Shown here piece after piece: positions 39,515 to 48,922 of a stretch of 64,000 bases of DNA. The notes under the pieces were generated by a model, which was not told the origin of the DNA, did no database searches, and was given only the letters and a program-made list of their open reading frames with translations. The position numbers and the translations under genes were made by a program. This DNA comes from Candidatus Bathyarchaeota archaeon. GTDB lineage: Archaea > Thermoproteota > Bathyarchaeia > Bathyarchaeales > Bathycorpusculaceae. The DNA lies in contig CAWABA010000007.1 of NCBI GenBank assembly GCA_963780185.1, positions 96,001 to 160,000 of the forward strand, written 5' to 3'. Positions within the stretch are counted from its first letter, which is position 1, and every line of letters begins with the position of its first letter.

Positions 39515-41284
39515 GTGGTTTTGGCTAGGTTCAGGTGCACTGTTTGCAACTACATTTATGATGAAGCAAAAGAAGGAATGAAATTTAACGATTTGCCTAA
39601 AGAATGGGTTTGCCCAGTTTGCGGAGCCCCCAAATCATCTTTTGTCATGTTGACGGAGACCATTGAGAAGAAAACAGAGAAAAAGATTGAACACACTGTT
39701 TCAGAAGTTCTGATAAACCAGATTGCCGAGTGGGGCGTCCAGTACGTTTTCGGTATCCCCGGTACTTCAACTTTGGGCGTCGTGGATGCCATCCGCAAAA
39801 CCGACGGAAAAGTCAAGTACATTCAAGTTCGGCATGAACAGACCGCTGCGTTTATGGCTTCAGCCTATGGGAAACTAACTGGGCATGTTGCGGCTTGCCT
39901 AGGTATTTCTGGTCCAGGCGCGACGAATCTGGCTACTGGCCTCTACGATGCGAAGCTGGATCATGCGCCTGTTCTGGCGTTGACTGGTTTGGTGGCTAGG
40001 CAAATGATTGGTCCCGGCTCGATACAGGAGATTGACCAGTACGCCTACTTTGAGCCGATATGCGTCTTCAACAAGATCCTTATGGCTGAAGAGCAAACCA
40101 CCATGCTGGCTACTCTGGCGATTAAGCACGCACTTTTAAATCAAGGCGTCTCCCACATCGGGATCCCAAACGACGTGCAGAAGCTGCCGTACGAAGCCGA
40201 CATCTTGCCGTTTGAAGGCAGAATGCCTAATCTCGCCTATGGGCAGGAAGAATGGCTGATTGAGAAGGCAGCAAAACTTGTCGACCAAGCCGCGCGGCCT
40301 GTGATTCTTGCAGGTTTCGGCGCACGGGGCCAAGGCAGCAAACTGCTAAAGTTGGCAACGAAGATTTCAGCGCCCATCATGACAACATTCAGAGCTAAAG
40401 GCGTCGTGGATGAGTATGATCCGCTGAGCATCGGCTGCCACGGCGACCTCGGATCAACCGCTTCCGCAGAACTAATGGGGAAAGCAGATTTGCTTATTGC
40501 GATCGGTTCGTCGTTTTCAGATTTGAGCCATATTCCCCGGAAACGCACGGTGCAGATTGATATTAACCCGCTTATGATTGCGCGCAGGTACCCTGTGGAG
40601 GCATCTTTGCTTGGCAACAGCGCTGTGCTTATCCCGAAGTTGACGGTGCGGGTTCAAGAGAAGAAGAACGCAGCTTACCTCGAGGAAGTTGCCCGTTTGA
40701 AGCAGCAATGGCTCAGCCAAGTGGAGAAGGAAGCTAACCCCACCGTGAAGCCGATTAGACCCCCCTACATAATGAAAGTGTTAAACGACAAGCTTGCCGA
40801 TGACGCCGTGATTTCATTGGATGTCGGCGAGAACTGCTGGTGGTTCGGCAGAAACTTCAGGATGCATAGGTCGCAGAAGATGGTGATGTCTGGAACTTTG
40901 GCGACGATGGGTTTCGGGTTGCCTGGGGCTTTGGCTGCGGCGTTAGCTTACCCTGGCAAGCAGATTGTTTGTTTGACAGGTGACGGCGGCTTAACGATGG
41001 TTTTAGGTGACTTCCTGACCGCGCTGAAGTATCAGTTGCCCATCAAAGTCTTCGTCATAAACAACAGACGCCTCGGCATGATCATGCAAGAACAGAAAGT
41101 TGAAGGCTACGAAAGCTGGCAAACCGACCTATTCGACTTCAGCTTCGCCGATTTTGCAGAGCATGCAGGGGGCTTTGGCATCAGGGTTGCTGAACCAGGC
41201 GACCTTGAAGCAGCGGTTGACAAGGCATTAGCATCTGACAAGCCAGCCATCGTTGACATAGAAACCGACCCGCGAAGATTTTGA
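39515..41284 (+). CDS. Rubredoxin fused to pyruvate oxidase-like ThDP enzyme
   Basis: [16 protein letters not shown] at the N-terminus; [19 protein letters not shown] and GDGG..NN motifs. Confidence 0.88.
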   Translation: MVLARFRCTVCNYIYDEAKEGMKFNDLPKEWVCPVCGAPKSSFVMLTETIEKKTEKKIEHTVSEVLINQIAEWGVQYVFGIPGTSTLGVVDAIRKTDGKVKYIQVRHEQTAAFMASAYGKLTGHVAACLGISGPGATNLATGLYDAKLDHAPVLALTGLVARQMIGPGSIQEIDQYAYFEPICVFNKILMAEEQTTMLATLAIKHALLNQGVSHIGIPNDVQKLPYEADILPFEGRMPNLAYGQEEWLIEKAAKLVDQAARPVILAGFGARGQGSKLLKLATKISAPIMTTFRAKGVVDEYDPLSIGCHGDLGSTASAELMGKADLLIAIGSSFSDLSHIPRKRTVQIDINPLMIARRYPVEASLLGNSAVLIPKLTVRVQEKKNAAYLEEVARLKQQWLSQVEKEANPTVKPIRPPYIMKVLNDKLADDAVISLDVGENCWWFGRNFRMHRSQKMVMSGTLATMGFGLPGALAAALAYPGKQIVCLTGDGGLTMVLGDFLTALKYQLPIKVFVINNRRLGMIMQEQKVEGYESWQTDLFDFSFADFAEHAGGFGIRVAEPGDLEAAVDKALASDKPAIVDIETDPRRF

Positions 41285-41320
41285 GGCATAAATTGGGCTG
41301 ACTTGTAGTTTTTGTGGTGG

Positions 41321-41487
41321 TTTTTGGTTGTAAATACTATACCCCCTCCCTCGGTAGGCGGCTTCTGCGTGGGGTCTGTTTTGGGTTGCTTTTTTGGTTT
41401 AGGCTTAAATCCTTTAAGATTTTGAGAGCTAAAGAAACAGGGAAAACCATTGTTTCCGCTTGAAGTTTTGTAATATTACAAAAGTTT
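41321..41487 (-). repeat. Dispersed ~165-bp intergenic element, copy 2
   Basis: Palindrome TTTTGTAATATTACAAAA at 41466-41483 and the conserved CCCCACGCAGAAGCCGCC..GAGGGAGGGGGTATAGTATTTACA core on the minus strand. Confidence 0.9.
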
Positions 41488-41601
41488 GCTGGAAACCCTG
41501 ATGGCATCAATCAAACAACATCTCGCGCAAAGCAGCAATCGTTTAGGGTTGCTTTTTCCTAGTTTAGAGCTTGAATCTGGTTTAGGTTAGATGGCAAAAA
41601 G

Positions 41602-42363
41602 CTACCAGAAGGTGAACGCATAAGAAAGATGGAAAAAGCTGGCAGGAGTTTGCGGAGGCTCCTGAGGACTCTGCGGCTGCGTTTGGTTTTGCTCGTCTGG
41701 CTTAGGCTTCTTTTCTCTCAGCTGCGGCAGAACGAACTCTACCACTGCAATCACCAAAATAAGTGCGACGATTACTGGCAGACCCCACTTGTTATCATGC
41801 ACAAAGATTGTTACCCACCCAAACCATGGAATACGCATATCCACCTTGCCAACCACGTAACTCGCAGGTACTCCCGGCGGATTGTAGCTGTCCCACACGT
41901 CGTAGCCTGATTGTGGTGTCTGCGGATACGGGTTTCCGTTGCCATCACCTTTTGTGATGAAGTAAAGTTTGCCGTCGACTGTTTCGGTGCGGACGATGCG
42001 GTGCACAATCAAAGTGTCATACTGGCCAGGTTCAGGGTCATGGAAGACTATTATGTCGCTGTGGGGGTAATTCGTTTTTAAATCCTGAAGTTTGACACCC
42101 TGCACGATTATGATGTCGCCCACGCTCAGGGTTTTGTCAAACGGCGTGGCGATGGTTAACCAGAAGTTGTAGTCGGCTGCGTCATAAGGGATACTCATGC
42201 TGCCGCTTACCACAGTCAACGCTGGATCAGGCGTGTTCAAAGCTGACCGCAAACCGAAGAACAAGCCGAAAACCACCGCAATAACCAATACTATGGCGAC
42301 CGCAGTTTTGAAGTACTCATTTTTCCAAACGTTTCTTACAGTCGTCAAGTGGTTACCTCGCAA
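41602..42363 (-). CDS. Signal peptidase I (S26, Sec11-type)
   Basis: VVSGSM, GDIIIV, IVHRI and TKGDGN motifs. Confidence 0.9.
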   Translation of the reverse strand: MRGNHLTTVRNVWKNEYFKTAVAIVLVIAVVFGLFFGLRSALNTPDPALTVVSGSMSIPYDAADYNFWLTIATPFDKTLSVGDIIIVQGVKLQDLKTNYPHSDIIVFHDPEPGQYDTLIVHRIVRTETVDGKLYFITKGDGNGNPYPQTPQSGYDVWDSYNPPGVPASYVVGKVDMRIPWFGWVTIFVHDNKWGLPVIVALILVIAVVEFVLPQLREKKPKPDEQNQTQPQSPQEPPQTPASFFHLSYAFTFW

Positions 42364-42458
42364 CAGGAACTTTTAAGTAGAGTTATACGTAAAACGTCAC
42401 GGTTAAGCATTACGGAAACATAAGAGAAATTGCAAAAGTAAATTTTGCAAGTCTCAGC

Positions 42459-42755
42459 TTATTTTTTCTGCTTGACGATGTAGACTTCTCTGTTTCGGAC
42501 TCTGAGGGCTACGTTGTATTTTCTGTTCGGCAGCTTGTTGTATGACTTAACTCTGAACGAGAATGGCGCGTACAGTGACCTAACTGTTTTGCCTTCGACC
42601 TCGACTTTGAACATTTCCTCTGGGCTTTCAATAATCTGCTTGAAAACGGTGTCGTACTCGGGAATTTTGACTCTTTTTCTTCCTTCAGGTATTTCTTTTA
42701 CGGGGGTGGCTTTTGCGACGATTTTTTTATTGATGGTTTTTTCTGGATTAGACAT
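42459..42755 (-). CDS. Small basic hypothetical protein
   Basis: Clean 98-aa Lys-rich ORF with AT-rich upstream region. Confidence 0.6.
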   Translation of the reverse strand: MSNPEKTINKKIVAKATPVKEIPEGRKRVKIPEYDTVFKQIIESPEEMFKVEVEGKTVRSLYAPFSFRVKSYNKLPNRKYNVALRVRNREVYIVKQKK

Positions 42756-42894
42756 TTATTTCACTAAGTATAATATTGTATGCATTGCTATATAACACTA
42801 TATCACTAACGGCACTAAAATAACAATGACTTAACACATTTTATAACAGTTAATACATTGACGTTAATAAGAAGCTAGTATAAGCGGAGCCAAT

Positions 42895-43923
42895 CTAATT
42901 CAAATTTCGCGGTTTTATTTTATTTGGGAAAACCCAATCTGCCCAGCTACGCAAATCCCATGAAAGAACCAGAGAAGGCTCCACGTAACAATGAAGATTG
43001 CATTTTACACAATCCTGCATGGCTTTCCAATCAAAATTTGAAGTTGCCGATTTAATGCTGTTCTCAAAAACAGAAACACCTGTCTCATACTGATTATGAA
43101 CGTAACATGGCAGAACCAGCCGTCCGTCGGTGCCAATATTAATGATGGACCAGGGTTTGCATTTCCAGTTCTTTTCCTTAGCTATCACTTTAAAATAACC
43201 AGTCGAGTTCATAATCGGGTAGCCTTTTTTCTTTAATTCAATAAGCTCTTTGGCGACCTTTCTGATTTCGGCGGTTTGAGGTGCAGATGCATCAGCGCTA
43301 CGGTATTCGTGCCCAACCGACAAAACTATTTTCACGCCTAAATCCTTAGCCAGCCTCACCAAGTCCGGCACATCTTGGACGTTATCAGCCATAACGGTCG
43401 TGTTGATGGTTATCGAAACCTTCTCTTTTGCTTCAGTTATGCCTTCTACCGCTCTTTTGAAACAGCCGTCAACACCTCTAATCATGTCATGAGTTTTCTC
43501 CAGACCATCTAAAGAAACAAAGAGGATGCCGCTGATAAATGGGGCTATTTCATCTACCCTTGATTTGAGCAGCGTGCCGTTGGTAATAATGTTGGTATGC
43601 AAAGGCAGAGAACGAGAATAGGCCAAAATTTCAGGCAGGTCTTTTCTTAGGAGTGGCTCTCCCCCTTCAAACGCAACGGCACAGACACCTGAATCGTATA
43701 GTTGCTTTAGAATTTCTTTTTCTTTTTTAGTGCTTAAATTTTCGCTGGAACGTCTCCAAAAGGGACACATTTTGCATTTAAGGTTACAGTTATAGGTTAA
43801 TTTATGTCCACCAAATAATGGCGTTTTTACTCCGATCGAGTTTAGAATTAACCCACGGTACAATCTCAAGCCAATTCGAAAGGTTTCTTGATACCTGATA
43901 GCCTTGTTAGCCAAAAATGTCAA
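42895..43923 (-). CDS. Radical SAM protein (PTO1314-like, Cys-rich C-terminal domain)
   Basis: CNLKCKMC, GGEPLLR, CKPW..PC..CVKCNLHCYVEPS motifs. Confidence 0.88.
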   Translation of the reverse strand: MTFLANKAIRYQETFRIGLRLYRGLILNSIGVKTPLFGGHKLTYNCNLKCKMCPFWRRSSENLSTKKEKEILKQLYDSGVCAVAFEGGEPLLRKDLPEILAYSRSLPLHTNIITNGTLLKSRVDEIAPFISGILFVSLDGLEKTHDMIRGVDGCFKRAVEGITEAKEKVSITINTTVMADNVQDVPDLVRLAKDLGVKIVLSVGHEYRSADASAPQTAEIRKVAKELIELKKKGYPIMNSTGYFKVIAKEKNWKCKPWSIINIGTDGRLVLPCYVHNQYETGVSVFENSIKSATSNFDWKAMQDCVKCNLHCYVEPSLVLSWDLRSWADWVFPNKIKPRNLN

Positions 43924-44055
43924 CCTTAACCGAAATTATTGCCAGTGAAAGCCCTACGCTTCGCGCTTAAAAACAAAAAAGTAAATAACCTATTTAGGGT
44001 TATCTGGACACACAGTTTTCTTGGTGTTGTTTTATCGACGATTAGCATTGTCAAT

Positions 44056-44682
44056 TTACAGTACGAGTGGAGCTTGCAGAACGTTAAGAGTCGCGGTTTT
44101 TCCAAGACGCACCTGTCTTTCGCCCTTAAATGTGGAAACTGAAGCGTTCTTAATCTGCACAGTGTCTCCTACGGCAAGATTGTCTGCTTGCTCATTCCAA
44201 AGGCAGAGCTTGATTTTCCCGGTCTCGTCAGCTATCCAAGCATTGGTTACTTTGGCGCTGTTTCCGTAGCGCGTTTGAACTATCGAGGGCTTTTGAGTTT
44301 CAAGAACTTTGGCTTCCAAGTTGACTTTTTTCATTCCATGGCGAAGGTTTTGTACTTCCATAGACATTTTGGGCGAGGTGTTCTGTTTGTTCATCTGCCG
44401 ACGTATCTTGTCGGTGTCCATCCAGCTTTCAAAACTGATGTTTTTTCTAAGAAGAATTTCCTCAGCAATCCGAAACTGAACAATTACCTTAGTGTTTTTG
44501 GTGATTAGGAAGATAGCTTCGCCCTTTATGGTACCACGATATTCTACAGCTAAAGTTTGGCAGTTTGCTTTTCCTTTTTCTTTGGCTTCAACCATGGCGC
44601 GATGAAGCTCTGGAAGGTAGACACCTTCTTTTACTGAAAGAGAAGCGAGATACTCCATTATTGTTGTCTTTTTCTGATTCAA
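44056..44682 (-). CDS. OB-fold ssDNA-binding (RPA/SSB-like) protein with N-terminal extension
   Basis: IADETGKIKLCLWNEQA..VGDTVQIKNA. Confidence 0.85.
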   Translation of the reverse strand: MNQKKTTIMEYLASLSVKEGVYLPELHRAMVEAKEKGKANCQTLAVEYRGTIKGEAIFLITKNTKVIVQFRIAEEILLRKNISFESWMDTDKIRRQMNKQNTSPKMSMEVQNLRHGMKKVNLEAKVLETQKPSIVQTRYGNSAKVTNAWIADETGKIKLCLWNEQADNLAVGDTVQIKNASVSTFKGERQVRLGKTATLNVLQAPLVL

Positions 44683-44975
44683 GTTCTTGACTCCATGATT
44701 GTATTTTGCCAGAAACTATGGTAAATCAAAGTTCGGCGTAGGGATTACCCTTCTTCAATAAATTCCCCACAAACAAGTGATATGTGCTGTTTTAGTATAT
44801 AGGCTAGTAACCTAAGAAACGGTTTCTCTCCATGCAATTCCCAATTTTAGAACCCATTTAGGCGTGGTTGGCATCAAAATACATGGAAGAGTCCAACAAA
44901 ATTGGTTGGCAAGTTCGGGCATGTTTTTATCTGATGCCTGATTTAGGCTTCGATATAATTCAGAAGGGAGCTTTT

Positions 44976-45350
44976 ATGAAAAGTATAGCGTTGGTTGCAC
45001 ATGACAATAAGAAGAAGGATATTGTTGAATGGTGCGATTTCAACAAGGGAACGCTGTCAAGCCACTTTCTTTACGCAACTGGAACCACGGGTCAGCAGAT
45101 AATTGACAAAACAGGGTTGCAGATAAGTTTGCTGAAAAGCGGACCCTACGGCGGAGACATGGAGCTTGGAGCCTTGATTGCCAACAACAAACTGGATATT
45201 CTGATTTTCTTTTGGGATCCTTTGGAATCTCAACCGCACGATGTTGACGTAAAAGCGGTTCTCAGATTGGCAGTTTTGTACAATGTTCCCACGGCTTGCA
45301 ACAGAGCGACAGCTGACATGATAATTTCCAGCCCCATGTTCAACAAGTAG
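44976..45350 (+). CDS. mgsA: Methylglyoxal synthase
   Basis: IALVAHDNKK, ATGTTG, SGPYGGD and DPL..QPHDVD motifs. Confidence 0.95.
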   Translation: MKSIALVAHDNKKKDIVEWCDFNKGTLSSHFLYATGTTGQQIIDKTGLQISLLKSGPYGGDMELGALIANNKLDILIFFWDPLESQPHDVDVKAVLRLAVLYNVPTACNRATADMIISSPMFNK

Positions 45351-45394
45351 CAATAGGCTCTGAGACAAACCTCAATGTTTTTTGTTTGCGGTCT

Positions 45395-46636
45395 CTATTT
45401 CTTGGGCGTAAGGATTGCGGTTGCGTAGTTTTTGTCTTGGAAATATTTGTTTGCGACTGCCGTAAGGTCTTGCGCGGTCAACGAATTTATCTTGTCGATG
45501 TAATCCACTAATGAATTCTGGTTTTCGAAGAGAATCTCTTCGTAGGCGAGAAGTCTGGGCAATTCATGAGAACTATCAACTACCCTGAACAAGTTTCCAA
45601 TCAGCAAATTCTTACTTTTATCTAGTTCGTTTTTTGCCGAGGGTTGGTTTTTGATTTTTTTCAGCTCTTTCCGAATCAATTTTTGGGTAATATCAAGCGA
45701 CTTGTTTCTAACTGCACAGCCTACGGAGAAGTAGCCGTAATCCAAACCTGAAACATTCTCGGCGCCAAAATCGTAGGTTAAGGCTCTTTTCTCGCGTAAC
45801 TCCACAAACAGCCTGGAGCTTTCGCCCATTCCCAAAAGTGCTTCTATCAAATCCAAAGATGGCGTATCATGATCTTTCGCTGGAGCCGTTCTAAAACCAA
45901 AACTTAGGTAGGCTTGAGATAACCCTGATTTTTTGATTACTGCTTCTTTTTTGGGTACGCTATCTTCAGGCTTACGGTTCCTTCTTAAAACTGTACCTTT
46001 GTTGCCCTTGTCTTGAAAGTCTTGAAGCACAGTTTCTGTCTCTTCCTTGGAAAAGTTCCCCGTCAACAGCAACACCATGTTTTTTGGCACATAATAATTC
46101 TGGTGGGTCCGCTCTAAGTCTTGGATTGTGACCTGATTAACTGTTTTTTTCAAACCTAGAACTGGGTTTCTCAGCGGGTGATTCTCGAAAAGACATTTAA
46201 CTAAAGTTTCTCCAATCAGGTCTGGGGGATTATCATGGGTTTCAGCAATTTCATTAATTATTACCTTGCGTTCCAGCTCAAATTTGTCTTTTTCAAACGT
46301 GCAATCGAAAAGAAGCCCTGAAAGAACCTTGGAAGCCTCAACGATTTTTCCAGACAAAACATCCATGGAACTAAAGGTAACTTCGTCAGAGGTTTCAAAA
46401 TGCGAGCATCCTCCTAACTTCTCTATTTCATGATGGAGCTTTATTCTTCTCTCGGAGCCGCCTACTAGCACATGCTCCAGAAAATGAGCCATGCCTGAAT
46501 CTTCGTCGTCGTCATCGTTTGACCCGTATTTAATGGCAACAGACAATTGAGCCGTCATCCTCGACGGACGCGGATAAAGCAACATGGTTAACCCGTTTGA
46601 AAGGACTTTTCGCTCCCAAGACAGACTATTGTTCAT
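45395..46636 (-). CDS. M16 family zinc peptidase
   Basis: HFLEH (HxxEH) and SSRLFVELREKRALTY motifs. Confidence 0.92.
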   Translation of the reverse strand: MNNSLSWERKVLSNGLTMLLYPRPSRMTAQLSVAIKYGSNDDDDEDSGMAHFLEHVLVGGSERRIKLHHEIEKLGGCSHFETSDEVTFSSMDVLSGKIVEASKVLSGLLFDCTFEKDKFELERKVIINEIAETHDNPPDLIGETLVKCLFENHPLRNPVLGLKKTVNQVTIQDLERTHQNYYVPKNMVLLLTGNFSKEETETVLQDFQDKGNKGTVLRRNRKPEDSVPKKEAVIKKSGLSQAYLSFGFRTAPAKDHDTPSLDLIEALLGMGESSRLFVELREKRALTYDFGAENVSGLDYGYFSVGCAVRNKSLDITQKLIRKELKKIKNQPSAKNELDKSKNLLIGNLFRVVDSSHELPRLLAYEEILFENQNSLVDYIDKINSLTAQDLTAVANKYFQDKNYATAILTPKK

Positions 46637-46854
46637 GTAAACCGAAGTAGCTTGCGAGCCTAAAAAGCCTGATTCCAAAAAATTGAAGTGGGAAAGCTGG
46701 TCTGCCGAACCAATTTAAGAGATTCAAAGCTCTCGCGAAATCAGAAAAACACGAAACAATTCTCGAAAAATAGTCTAATTCGCATATGTTATTGAAAAAT
46801 TGTGGCAAACGTCTATATGTTAGATGTCAGGATTTGAACTAGCAGCGATCTAAA

Positions 46855-47037
46855 ATGAACCCAGAGAATTACAAAACAAAAAGGAAGGGACAGCCAAAAT
46901 CAAGAAACTCGGCTGGACGAGCCAAAAGACGCGCAGCAGCTAAACCTTGGATTCTAACCCCCAGTGCAAAACTACGCCAAATCTACGCCACCAAAACAGA
47001 ATGGGCAACAAAGATTCTGCCTAAACTAAAAGAATAG
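46855..47037 (+). CDS. Small basic hypothetical protein
   Basis: 60-aa ORF with a TATA-like element about 40 nt upstream; no motif. Confidence 0.4.
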   Translation: MNPENYKTKRKGQPKSRNSAGRAKRRAAAKPWILTPSAKLRQIYATKTEWATKILPKLKE

Positions 47038-47143
47038 ACACTTAGCAGTTCATTATATTTTCAAAATAATTAGAAATTAAATGCAATTTTTATTTTAAGT
47101 TTCTCTCATGCCAAATTGGAAATTAGGTTAGTTGGAATTTTGG

Positions 47144-47221
47144 TGGTGGGCCGAGCCGGACTTGAACCGGCGACCTTTGGCGTGTAAAGCCAACGTCCTA
47201 ACCAGGCTAGACGACCGGCCC
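47144..47221 (-). tRNA. tRNA-Val (anticodon UAC), intronless, CCA encoded
   Basis: GGGCCGGTCGTCTAGCCTGGTTAGGACGTTGGCTTTACACGCCAAAGGTCGCCGGTTCAAGTCCGGCTCGGCCCACCA folds into a cloverleaf. Confidence 0.96.
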
Positions 47222-47315
47222 GCACAGTTTGCTTATCTGTTGCTTGATTTAAGCTGTTTGGATTAAGAAAATGCGTTGGTTCATATTAGAATTTTCCTTC
47301 TCTACGCAGCCTTCT

Positions 47316-48239
47316 TTAGGTTTTGTTTTTGGGTTTATTGAAGGTTACCAGGTAGACGCCTATGAAAATCAGAACTGCGCCCGCGATGACTGAGGGGTAG
47401 AGCACTTCGCCGACGAACATGACCGCGAAAACCGCGGTTATCAGGGGTTCGGCGAACAGGAAGGTGCTTGCTGTTGCTCCTGCCTTCTTGAGCACGTAGA
47501 ACCAGATGAAGTACCCAAGCAGCGAGCATGTTAAAGCCAGGTAAAGCACGCTTAGCCAATCGCCAAGAGTCATGGTGAAGAGCTGCATGAAGGAGCCTTC
47601 AGCCAGCGAAAAAGGAATCAAGCATAAGCCGCCGATCAAGCTAACGTAGGCGACTACGAGGAAGGCATCGTATTTCTGCATGATTTTCTGCCCCAGCAAG
47701 CTGTAACCCGCCCACATCAAAGGGGTCGAAAGCAAAATCAGGGTGCCGACCAGAAACGTCATATTTCCCTCAAGGTTCAAAAGGTCCGCTAAAACAACCA
47801 GCAAAGTCCCCGCAGCCGCAACGGCGATGCCGATGAACTGCTTGTTTCTTAGGCGCTCTCCGAATAGCCGCGTGGAAAAAACGGTGATGAGTATGGGCGA
47901 TAGGAGGCAGACCATGATGGCTGCTATCGTGGAGCCTGCCAACTGGATCCCCGTGTATTGGATGGTGAAGAAGAAGGTGACGCCGGTAAGCGCCAAAACC
48001 AAAAAGGCAAAGAGGTCTTTTCTCTCAACGCTAAGCTTGTAGTTTGGGCTCATACGTTTCTTTACCAGTAGCACGATGAGGAAGAATGCTCCAGCCACAA
48101 GAAACCTAAACGTTGCGACGGCAACCGGCGTCAACCCGACATCCAAAAGCTGCTTGACAACGACAAAGGAGCTTCCCCAGAACATAATCAGCAAAACCAT
48201 TAAGAAAACCTGAAAAGAACTGATTGACTGGGAAGCCAT
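47316..48239 (-). CDS. EamA/DMT family transporter
   Basis: FWGSSFVVVK, RFLVA and EPL motifs; about 10 TM helices. Confidence 0.92.
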   Translation of the reverse strand: MASQSISSFQVFLMVLLIMFWGSSFVVVKQLLDVGLTPVAVATFRFLVAGAFFLIVLLVKKRMSPNYKLSVERKDLFAFLVLALTGVTFFFTIQYTGIQLAGSTIAAIMVCLLSPILITVFSTRLFGERLRNKQFIGIAVAAAGTLLVVLADLLNLEGNMTFLVGTLILLSTPLMWAGYSLLGQKIMQKYDAFLVVAYVSLIGGLCLIPFSLAEGSFMQLFTMTLGDWLSVLYLALTCSLLGYFIWFYVLKKAGATASTFLFAEPLITAVFAVMFVGEVLYPSVIAGAVLIFIGVYLVTFNKPKNKT

Positions 48240-48378
48240 GCCTCAAAATACAGCCAATTGCCTTTTAAGCGTTAAACCCGCCTTCAAACGAATTTCACAT
48301 GAAAAGGCAAATGAGCACATCTCTGGCTTAGGCTGATTTATATATCGAGTTGAACTTAGCTTTTTAAGGTGAACGATT

Positions 48379-48837
48379 TTGGTTTCTGAAAAACTCGTAG
48401 ATTCCCTCAACAAAGCTATAGCCCGCGAGCTCCAAGTCAGCATACAGTACATGTGGCAGCATATTCAAGTCACGGGGATGGACGGCGCCGTGGTGGAAGA
48501 CATCTTCCGCAAGACAGCCATCGCCGAAATGAAGCATGCCGAACGCCTAGCCGAGCAGCTGGACTACCTCAACGGAGTGCCAACGGTTAAGCCTGACCCG
48601 ATTTTCGTCGGCGGCAGCCTCATCGAGATGCTTACCCAGAACCAGCGGGATGAAGAGGACGCTATTGAACTTTACAAGGAGGCAATTCAGGCGGCGGCGC
48701 AGGAAGGCGACTACACCACGAGGCGGCTGCTGGAAGAGATTCTGGCGGAGGAGGAACGGCACATTAACACATTTGGCAAACTGCTCGTCGGCATGACTGA
48801 GCCATTCACCCAGCCTGAAACCTCACAAACGGGATAA
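48379..48837 (+). CDS. Ferritin/bacterioferritin-like diiron protein
   Basis: RELQVSIQY, EMKHAE, EEDAIELY and EEERH motifs. Confidence 0.88.
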   Translation: MVSEKLVDSLNKAIARELQVSIQYMWQHIQVTGMDGAVVEDIFRKTAIAEMKHAERLAEQLDYLNGVPTVKPDPIFVGGSLIEMLTQNQRDEEDAIELYKEAIQAAAQEGDYTTRRLLEEILAEEERHINTFGKLLVGMTEPFTQPETSQTG

Positions 48838-48922
48838 CAAAGAAAAACGGCTTTAAGGCAACTCAAGCGTTCCGCCTTTATAGCAAACACATATATCAAC
48901 GTGGGCAGATGGGTTTTCTTCA

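Noticed and set aside
42790-42860. Recurrent TAACA-like words upstream of the 98-aa ORF
   Set aside because: Irregular spacing in very AT-rich DNA, not distinguishable from chance by eye.
47100-47221. Provirus or integrative element at tRNA-Val
   Set aside because: No integrase, viral genes or duplicated tRNA 3' end seen in the window.
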